Shown here: positions 17,272-24,296 of the stretch, piece by piece
Position numbering within the stretch: the stretch's first letter is position 1
Layout of the letters: the number at the start of each line of letters is the position of its first letter
From: a virus
DNA length: 64,000 nt
Virus record (IMG/VR): IMGVR_UViG_3300021963_000029
Span: 64,001 to 128,000 of that record
Reading direction: 5' to 3' (one strand)
Made by a program: the position numbers and the translations under genes
The notes under the pieces: model-generated
The model's database searches: none
The model's input: the letters and a program-made list of their open reading frames with translations, nothing else
Told to the model about the DNA's origin: nothing

Positions 17272-17787
17272 TTAGCATTGATCCATCTCAAGAGTTTCGT
17301 TTACTTTTTTAAGGGTATATGATCCATCTCCATTATCAATCCACTCAAGAACATCACCCTCTTTCCATCCAGTTTTTGCCATCAATTCATCTGGAAATGT
17401 GACTACACAATCATCACCATCTTCTTCTACAGGAAGAACCCAACTTTTCTTTTCTGCTGCATCACACATAGCATCAAGTTCTTCATCAGTATACTTCAGT
17501 GCTTCCATGTCACTGTGTCCCCAAGGTGGCATACAATCATCAATTTTCTTTTGAATTTCTTGTTTTTCTTTGACTACAGTTTCCTGCCAGGCAAGTTTGA
17601 ACTTATCATCAAACTCTGCAAGATAATACTGAAGAAATTCATCCACAGCATATATCAATTGTTCAACTTTATCATACTGATGTTCTTGAAGTCTATCTAT
17701 TGCACAATCAAGAATCTCACGTGCAGAACAAATCTTAGATGTTACTACATCAAGATCATTCATCACTGTCCACATTTTGCTAGGCAT
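17272..17787 (-). CDS. Protein with C-terminal AbrB/MazE/SpoVT-like DNA-binding domain
   Basis: VLPVEEDGDDCVVTFPDELMAKTGWKEGDVLEWIDNGDGSYTLKKV. Confidence 0.65.
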   Translation of the reverse strand: MPSKMWTVMNDLDVVTSKICSAREILDCAIDRLQEHQYDKVEQLIYAVDEFLQYYLAEFDDKFKLAWQETVVKEKQEIQKKIDDCMPPWGHSDMEALKYTDEELDAMCDAAEKKSWVLPVEEDGDDCVVTFPDELMAKTGWKEGDVLEWIDNGDGSYTLKKVNETLEMDQC

Positions 17788-17971
17788 CTTGTTCGTTCAA
17801 GTAAAGTTTGACTTGTTCCATGATCATAGCACGAACTTCCTCAGATGTCATGTCATTGAGGACACTCCATCTACTGTCACAAGGATCCCACTCTAGGGTA
17901 AATGTTCCATCATCATTCTCAATTACTTTGAGACCATCATCAGTCTCTGGGTTTTGGTTTGTTACACTCAT
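17780..17971 (-). CDS. Hypothetical protein
   Basis: 63 aa, acidic. Confidence 0.65.
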   Translation of the reverse strand: MSVTNQNPETDDGLKVIENDDGTFTLEWDPCDSRWSVLNDMTSEEVRAMIMEQVKLYLNEQDA

Positions 17972-18086
17972 TGCAATAATAAGAAAATCCTGATCTAAAG
18001 TATTTTACTATTTGATAATGTTCTTTATCAAGTGGTTTTTCTTCACCACATTTACTGCACGTCCTTCTTGTATTGTTTTCTAACAT
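17940..18086 (-). CDS. Small zinc-finger protein
   Basis: CSKC...CNEC pair in 48 aa. Confidence 0.65.
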   Translation of the reverse strand: MLENNTRRTCSKCGEEKPLDKEHYQIVKYFRSGFSYYCNECNKPKPRD

Positions 18087-18261
18087 GCTTAAGTTCTTTG
18101 AGTTCCATTTTAATGTTTTTGTAAGCAGTGTCAGCATCTAGTTTCCCTCCCATTTCAAGTGCAATAATGATGTCAACTCTGGTGCCAAAGTGTGCTAATG
18201 CCTTTTCAAATGTGTCTAATTCTTCATACATCAAACTGTTCCTTCCATGGATTATTTGCAA
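18052..18261 (-). CDS. Hypothetical protein
   Basis: 69 aa. Confidence 0.6.
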   Translation of the reverse strand: MQIIHGRNSLMYEELDTFEKALAHFGTRVDIIIALEMGGKLDADTAYKNIKMELKELKHVRKQYKKDVQ

Positions 18262-18499
18262 CTATATCTATGCGTCTGTCCACTGCTTCAATAGAATTAG
18301 AAAGTTCATAAAGTAGATTTGTTGTCTCTATGTTCTCCTCTTCTAGTTTCTTAATTCTATCCTCAAGTGTTCCCACATGTCTGGTCAGTTCTGCACACAA
18401 ACCAGCAAGAGAATACTGATCACCAGTCACTTGATCAATAGCATAATCCTTAGGAGTTTCATACTGAGATAACATTCTTTTAATCCAAATAAGCATCAC
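18224..18499 (-). CDS. Coiled-coil hypothetical protein
   Basis: 91 aa. Confidence 0.6.
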   Translation of the reverse strand: MMLIWIKRMLSQYETPKDYAIDQVTGDQYSLAGLCAELTRHVGTLEDRIKKLEEENIETTNLLYELSNSIEAVDRRIDIVANNPWKEQFDV

Positions 18500-18641
18500 A
18501 AAACTCCAACTTCTTTTAAATAATTTCTATATCTCATATATCTATTCCAATTTGGTTGCCCAGGTACATCTAATTGATAACAGATCTCACAATAACACAA
18601 CCATTCATACCATGGAGTAGTAGGATCTAGCACATGATAGT

Positions 18642-18935
18642 TCATTCAAATGCTCCTGTTTTATTATACACCAGTGGCACAGTTGGTTGTGCCTCATGTA
18701 TTTCTACATACACTTTTGTTTCATCATTCCAGTGCCTTATGACCCCTGCACAAATAAAAAGATTAGTAATGAGATAAGTGAAGAATATAAAAGTACGTAT
18801 ACCAGCAATGTTGTCTGATTCTCTGTCATCTTTGCTTGCTTTTTCTCCTAGTGCTTTTGCCCACAATCTCCACACCGTTAGTCTTGACTTCATAATCCTT
18901 TGTTGTAAGTTTAGATCTGCTAATGTATTTCTCAA
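18642..18935 (-). CDS. Hypothetical membrane protein
   Basis: WRLWAKALGEKAS...IRTFIFFTYLITNLFICAGVIRHW. Confidence 0.65.
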   Translation of the reverse strand: MRNTLADLNLQQRIMKSRLTVWRLWAKALGEKASKDDRESDNIAGIRTFIFFTYLITNLFICAGVIRHWNDETKVYVEIHEAQPTVPLVYNKTGAFE

Positions 18936-19032
18936 AATGTTCTACGCATTGAAACCAACAAGTCTTTTTATCTTTACCATCTTTGTGGATTAACTTGATG
19001 GGAAAACTTTCATAGGGAAAATCTTCACTCAT
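18826..19032 (-). CDS. Hypothetical cyanophage protein
   Basis: 68 aa. Confidence 0.65.
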   Translation of the reverse strand: MSEDFPYESFPIKLIHKDGKDKKTCWFQCVEHFEKYISRSKLTTKDYEVKTNGVEIVGKSTRRKSKQR

Positions 19033-19201
19033 CGCTCTTGTTCTCTATGTTGGGTATAATACCTATCAAATACAGCACTTATAATTTCCTCTGCTATTTT
19101 ATGATCCTTTCCATTAAAAGGCAACCCATGCACTTGATAATACTTCATTGCATGGTAGATCATTCTATATTGTTCAGTTGTAAATTTTACTGGGTCTTGA
19201 T

Positions 19202-19453
19202 TCATTTTTCAAATACTGGACGAGTGTTATTACAATACAGGAAATATTTGTATTCTGCAAGTGGTCCATAATGCCATTGCAAAACATCACAACCTTTGTA
19301 AGTGTCTACCACAGTAAAATTGCTACTTGGTTTTTGTAGTTCTTTTTTTTCTTGTTCACTTAATGGGGAAAATACTATGTAAAACAAGGTGAGGAAAGAC
19401 ATCCCAACAACAGCACCAAGAAGAACTGCTCTAGCATAATCAATTTTACTCAT
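19202..19453 (-). CDS. Hypothetical membrane-anchored protein
   Basis: N-terminal TM helix. Confidence 0.65.
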   Translation of the reverse strand: MSKIDYARAVLLGAVVGMSFLTLFYIVFSPLSEQEKKELQKPSSNFTVVDTYKGCDVLQWHYGPLAEYKYFLYCNNTRPVFEK

Positions 19454-19632
19454 ACTGTCTCATCAGAATAGTTTACCCAAAGATTATCCCCACCAATGTT
19501 TAAGTGAAATATTTGTCCATTATTGAGATAGATTCCCAACCACACTGCTCTACCCTGTTCCATTACTTCATAATGAACCATCTTCACATCCCAGTGCACA
19601 ATTTCATCTGGGTTCTTTACAAATTTGCTCAT
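19450..19632 (-). CDS. Hypothetical protein
   Basis: 60 aa; ATGA coupling. Confidence 0.65.
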   Translation of the reverse strand: MSKFVKNPDEIVHWDVKMVHYEVMEQGRAVWLGIYLNNGQIFHLNIGGDNLWVNYSDETV

Positions 19633-19677
19633 TTTAGTTGTTTTCCTGATAAATGGATTTTATTGGGAATCGTGATA

Positions 19678-20139
19678 TTATGCAAGACTTCTTAACACTT
19701 TACGAAGAAACTGAATAGAACCATAAAACTCTTGACCATCTTGACCACCAATCACAATCCAATCAATCTCTTCTAATGCTAACTGAATCTTTTGTTCTCT
19801 GGTAAGATCTTCAAAATCTTTCTCTGCAAATTCTTTCCTTTCAATAGCAGCAAGATGTTGGAATGCTTCTTTGTTTTCCTCTATAATGTTCTTGGCAATA
19901 TCTAGAACTTTCTGTTCTTTAGCAGCATCTAATACTTTCTGATAATCTTCTTCAGAAACTTGTGCTACAATTGCTTCTCGTTTTGCTGCTTCTTCAAGCA
20001 TTTCTTCATGTGTCATGAGTTGTCTGATCCTTTCTTTACCGTATTTCGTGAGTTCTTGTTTCTTGCTGCGAAGTTCTTGGACTTCTTCATCAGACAATCC
20101 AAGAACCCATGGCACGTCATTGTTCATCATCTTCCTCAT
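19678..20139 (-). CDS. Hypothetical helical protein
   Basis: 153 aa. Confidence 0.65.
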   Translation of the reverse strand: MRKMMNNDVPWVLGLSDEEVQELRSKKQELTKYGKERIRQLMTHEEMLEEAAKREAIVAQVSEEDYQKVLDAAKEQKVLDIAKNIIEENKEAFQHLAAIERKEFAEKDFEDLTREQKIQLALEEIDWIVIGGQDGQEFYGSIQFLRKVLRSLA

Positions 20140-20518
20140 CAGTCAGTACAGTTCCCATGACACCTTTTTTGATACGCTGCCAATCTTCTTCTGCTTTTTG
20201 CCAATCCTTAAACTTATCTTTCAAATCCTCTGCCAATGTAAGTTCAAACTCTTCAGCAACTTTACGCATATCTTCTTGTCTTCTCTCTTCACCAAATGCT
20301 ACACCACAAGCACCTTTCATGATGTTAATGTCATCATGTCCCATTGCACGAGCAACAGTTGCAAAGAATCTGAACAGTTGATAAACATTAATGTCTTCAG
20401 CAGGAATCTGAAAAGTATAATGCTCCTCAGGAAGCACTGTGTCATCAAAACCACTGCTATAATGGGTAGAAGTCCACTCAGTGTCAAACTGAACCTTGAG
20501 AGTTGCTTTGTAAGTCAT
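20117..20518 (-). CDS. Hypothetical protein
   Basis: 133 aa, downstream of a cassette promoter (TATAAT 20543-20548). Confidence 0.7.
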   Translation of the reverse strand: MTYKATLKVQFDTEWTSTHYSSGFDDTVLPEEHYTFQIPAEDINVYQLFRFFATVARAMGHDDINIMKGACGVAFGEERRQEDMRKVAEEFELTLAEDLKDKFKDWQKAEEDWQRIKKGVMGTVLTDEEDDEQ

Positions 20519-20543
20519 GAAGAGGGTTGATCAATATACTGTA

Positions 20544-20801
20544 TTATACACCATCAGAATCCTTTTGGGACAGTTCCTGTGACAGTTCCTTAACTGTCCT
20601 CATATACTTTCTCATCATCCACCATCTACCTATAGGAGAAGAGAGGATGACTGGATGAAATCTAATCATCCAGAACATCCTCTCTATGTTTAACTTTGCA
20701 CTTTTAGATAAAAGAACAATATATGCTGACACATTTGAATCTATTATCATCATTGTCACAATGACAACAAATACTGTAAACAATGTATAATAATAGATCA
20801 T
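20544..20801 (-). CDS. Hypothetical membrane protein
   Basis: N-terminal TM helix; 3' end carries the promoter palindrome. Confidence 0.6.
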   Translation of the reverse strand: MIYYYTLFTVFVVIVTMMIIDSNVSAYIVLLSKSAKLNIERMFWMIRFHPVILSSPIGRWWMMRKYMRTVKELSQELSQKDSDGV

Positions 20802-21148
20802 GGCGTTTTCCTTAGAAAATTTAAGTAATCCAACAATTGCCTCTTAACTATATCTAATTCTTCCTCACATCCTTCTTTCTTTGCTCTACACCTAATTTCA
20901 TGATGAGCAGTATGAAGATCTTCTATCATAAGATCTATTGCTTTACTTTTTCCTGGGTTCATCTTTCTTGATAGTTACTGGACAAGTTGGAACCAATGAA
21001 CGAAGTTCTGCAATTATTTCTGACTTTTGCTTTGGCGTTAGGTCAACCATAGATGCAACTCTATTGATTAACCCAACTGCTTGTGAGCAACTGATAATTG
21101 TAGAAAACATTAGAGGAACCATACACCCTCCAAATGATACACTATCTA

Positions 21149-22177
21149 TCAGATTTTAATCCAGCGTTCATTCTCCAGTGTCCATTTTGTAACATCTGCA
21201 ATTCTTTCCCTTACAGATTTCTTAGGTTCCCATCCCATAACTCTCATTTTATCACCATCAAGTGCATACCTAAGATCATGCCCAGGTCTAGAAGAATGGA
21301 AATCAATTAACTCATAAATCAATACTTGATTTTGAGCATCTGCAATAATTTGTGCCAGTTCAAGATTGTTAAGCTCTTCGGATCCTACAATGTTAAACTT
21401 AGGACACTTTGCACCAGTCTCATCAGGCAGGAAATCACCCTGATAATTTAGAAGGAACAGGATTGCACTTGCTACATCTTCAGCATGGATGTAGTGCCTG
21501 GAACCAGGAATTGTGCAGGTAGAATCACTGTGAATAGTCACAGTTTCTTTATCCCTAATCTTCTTGATGCACATAGGAATGTACTTCTCTGGATGCTGAC
21601 GCTCTCCAAATACATTCATAGTATGAGTGATGTATATGGGCAGACTGTAGGTATTTTGATATGCTACAGCAAGTTCTTCACCACCTGCTTTAGTTGCACT
21701 ATATGGATTGGTAGAATTGTATCTATCATTCTCTTTATATTTGATTCCATTAGGTGCAGGACCAAATACTTCATCAGTGCTAAAGTAAATGAATCTTTCT
21801 AGGTTGTCTTTTTGAGTTCTTGCAAACTCAAGAATGTTGCAGGTTGCCACAACATTATCCATGACAAATTCCATTGGATATTCAATGCTGCGATCCACAT
21901 GTGATCCAGCAGCAAGGTGTAGAATATACTCTACTGGTCCAATCTCAGATCTAATCAAAGGATTAAGTTCTGCCTTAAGGTCATGAAATACAACCTTAAC
22001 ACGTTTACGTTCTTCAGCAGTGAAGTCAGACAGAATATCATTCAGTCTGTTCAGGTTGCCACTATAATCCAACCTATCTAAGGTTACAAGGTCCCAGTCA
22101 GTTTCCTTGAGAAGATAACCAATAAGGTGGTGCGCAATAAAACCTGCACCACCAGTAATAAGAGCTCTTTTTGTCAT
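21149..22177 (-). CDS. NAD-dependent nucleotide-sugar dehydratase (dTDP-glucose 4,6-dehydratase/RmlB-like)
   Basis: LITGGAGFIAHH, HLAAGSHVDRSI, FSTDEVFG, YSATK (YxxxK), RPGHDLRYALD. Confidence 0.88.
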   Translation of the reverse strand: MTKRALITGGAGFIAHHLIGYLLKETDWDLVTLDRLDYSGNLNRLNDILSDFTAEERKRVKVVFHDLKAELNPLIRSEIGPVEYILHLAAGSHVDRSIEYPMEFVMDNVVATCNILEFARTQKDNLERFIYFSTDEVFGPAPNGIKYKENDRYNSTNPYSATKAGGEELAVAYQNTYSLPIYITHTMNVFGERQHPEKYIPMCIKKIRDKETVTIHSDSTCTIPGSRHYIHAEDVASAILFLLNYQGDFLPDETGAKCPKFNIVGSEELNNLELAQIIADAQNQVLIYELIDFHSSRPGHDLRYALDGDKMRVMGWEPKKSVRERIADVTKWTLENERWIKI

Positions 22178-22437
22178 ACGAAATCAAGGTAGTAATCACT
22201 ATTATCTACTAAATCCCATGTTAAGTCAAGTTCTTCCAGATACTGAATTAACTCATTTTCATTGTCTGGAAGAACATCATCTTCCTCCAATGTAAAACAT
22301 GCTTCACACAATGCTGGACCATACTCAGGGGGATCATACAAAGTTTGTCCATATGTTTCTACAGCATCTTCAACAATAGCAGAAACATAGACAGTTTTAT
22401 CTTCAGATTGATGAATTGATTCAATGCTTTGGATCAT
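22174..22437 (-). CDS. Acidic hypothetical protein
   Basis: 87 aa. Confidence 0.65.
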   Translation of the reverse strand: MIQSIESIHQSEDKTVYVSAIVEDAVETYGQTLYDPPEYGPALCEACFTLEEDDVLPDNENELIQYLEELDLTWDLVDNSDYYLDFV

Positions 22438-22610
22438 TTTCTTTTCATTTCTTTTTGAACAAACTTTTTAGCAGTCTCCATAGTATTATGAACAGAGATC
22501 TGCTGTCCATTATATATGGACATGAATTTTTTACCAAATGGGATAATTGCCCATTCTCTGGTTTTGCTCACCCATCCTAACTGATCTTCTTCCATAGTCA
22601 AGTGCAACAA

Positions 22611-22684
22611 CGTTTCAGGAGGGACTTGAACCCCCGACCAACTGCTTAGAAGGCAGATGCTCTATCCAACTGAGCTACTGAAAC
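22611..22684 (-). tRNA. trnR: tRNA-Arg(UCU), copy 2
   Basis: GTTTCAG acceptor, TCTGC-CTTCTAA-GCAGT, GGTTCAAGTCC. Confidence 0.9.
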
Positions 22685-22688
22685 ATGT

Positions 22689-22759
22689 AGAGAGTGGTTG
22701 GATTCGAACCAACTACTGTGTAGCATTGTCTGCCTCCCTTGCCCTTTGGGTTCACTCTC
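22689..22759 (-). ncRNA. tRNA-like RNA with intact acceptor, D and T arms but an unpaired anticodon arm
   Basis: GAGAGTG/CACTCTC acceptor, CCC/GGG D-stem, GTTGG-TTCGAAT-CCAAC T-arm; 71 nt. Confidence 0.65.
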
Positions 22760-23116
22760 TGTGGGGCAACCTTCCACCCCTACATATTACCTTGAATAAT
22801 CATCAAAGTCAACATCAGGATGCAGAAACTCTAAGTAATCTTCGTAATCAACACCAAGATATTCTGCAAACTGACGCAACTCTTCAGTATGTTCTTTGGC
22901 AATAAGATCCTCTATGTTTTGAATCATACTACCTCCTCAATATCCATATCTAGAGATCATCTGATCCATTCTATCCTCTCTGTATTCATCTTCCTGTACG
23001 TCTTCTGTCTTATTTTCTTCTAGTTCCTCATAGATGGTATCACCATCTTTTTCTAGAAAAAGGGAAGGCATAGGAGTAATACTTGCGAGGGTTGTTGTAT
23101 ATATGCAGGAAAGGGA

Positions 23117-24214
23117 TCACTCCCCTTCCTGTTGCTGAAATTCAGCATCAATCTTGTCATACAACTCCACAAAAGTGGACTTGGTTTCATCATCAAAGCG
23201 ATTCAAGCATACCTTGAGTGCTTTATCTTTTTTGCCAAAGATAGAGTATGCTTTCATGATATGAACAAGACGACGAGTGGAGACCACTTCATCAATACCA
23301 CCATCAGCAAAGGTCTTGCGAATAATCTCAGCCCAAGTGCACAGGTGTTTGATAAAATCAGTGTGCTCTCCAATCATAGGGATCTTAAGAGATTCTGCCA
23401 CTTTTGTCAAGATCTTTGTCTCAACAGTAATAGTAGGATACTCTTGCTCAAAGGTTACAGGGAAACGCTCAAGGAATGCCTCATTGAGAACATTGGTGCC
23501 AATAAAGCGACCATCATCAGATCCCTTACCTTTGGTGTTTGCAGTAGCAAACACATTGAATCCTGCTTTAGGTACAACATGCTTACCAATTTTCTTCAGG
23601 AAGACACCATTGCCTTCCAGAATTGACTGAAGACACATGATTTTATTGGAAGCAAGGTCAATCTCATCCAGAAGGAGGATTGCACCCCTTTCCATTGCCT
23701 CAACTACAGGACCATTGTGCCATACAGTTTCACCATTAACTAGACGAAAACCACCAATAAGATCATCTTCATCAGTCTCAATAGTGATGTTGACACGAAT
23801 CAACTCACGACCAAGTTGAGCACATGCTTGCTCAATTCCAAAGGTCTTACCATTACCAGAAAGACCAGTGATGAAAGAAGGATAGAACAAACCAGAAGAT
23901 ACAATCTTCTTAATATCACTAAAGTTACCAAAGCTGACGAAGGTAGCATCTTTCTTAGGGATGAGATTTTGCACAACAGAGGAAAGAGTTTGTACAGTAT
24001 CAGTACCCTCTGCAGCAGGTGAATTGTAAGTTTGCTCTAGTTCTTTCACTGTTACCTCAAGATTCCATTTACCACGACCAGTTTTGTATGATTGCAGATA
24101 CTTAGATGCAGTAGCATAAGAAGTATTCAGTTGAGTTGCCACAGACTTAACAGCAGTAGCATCAACTTCAGTGCCAAATTGGTCTTTCAATAGTGTGATA
24201 AGTTGTTCTTGCAT
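23117..24214 (-). CDS. cobS: CobS-like MoxR AAA+ ATPase
   Basis: GLSGNGKT Walker A, LLLDEID Walker B, ATANTKG, NEAFLERF; start moved to ATG 24214 after the cassette leader. Confidence 0.9.
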   Translation of the reverse strand: MQEQLITLLKDQFGTEVDATAVKSVATQLNTSYATASKYLQSYKTGRGKWNLEVTVKELEQTYNSPAAEGTDTVQTLSSVVQNLIPKKDATFVSFGNFSDIKKIVSSGLFYPSFITGLSGNGKTFGIEQACAQLGRELIRVNITIETDEDDLIGGFRLVNGETVWHNGPVVEAMERGAILLLDEIDLASNKIMCLQSILEGNGVFLKKIGKHVVPKAGFNVFATANTKGKGSDDGRFIGTNVLNEAFLERFPVTFEQEYPTITVETKILTKVAESLKIPMIGEHTDFIKHLCTWAEIIRKTFADGGIDEVVSTRRLVHIMKAYSIFGKKDKALKVCLNRFDDETKSTFVELYDKIDAEFQQQEGE

Positions 24215-24296
24215 GGTCTTGGGTTGATTACTTTGTAATGATAGCATGGATTTGGGCAAAGTCAGGGGCAGAGTGGACACTGCCCCAACTGGCACA

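Larger units (their letters stand above)
4884..24295 (-). repeat. Dispersed early-promoter cassette: 22-23 bp palindrome GTG(C/T)CA(G/C)TT-N4-AA(C/G)TG(G/T)CAC, then -35, 17 nt, TG-TA(T/C)(C/A/G)AT
   Basis: Palindromes start at 4898, 6158, 6904, 7634, 8281, 8906, 10231, 10937, 11991, 12317, 12733, 13386, 14648, 16159, 20579, 24273 (degenerate copy near 26502). Confidence 0.9.

Noticed and set aside
6112-24295. Palindromic repeats plus a Cas4-like gene as a possible CRISPR system
   Set aside because: The repeats are hundreds to thousands of nt apart, each tied to a -35/-10 promoter, with no regular spacers.
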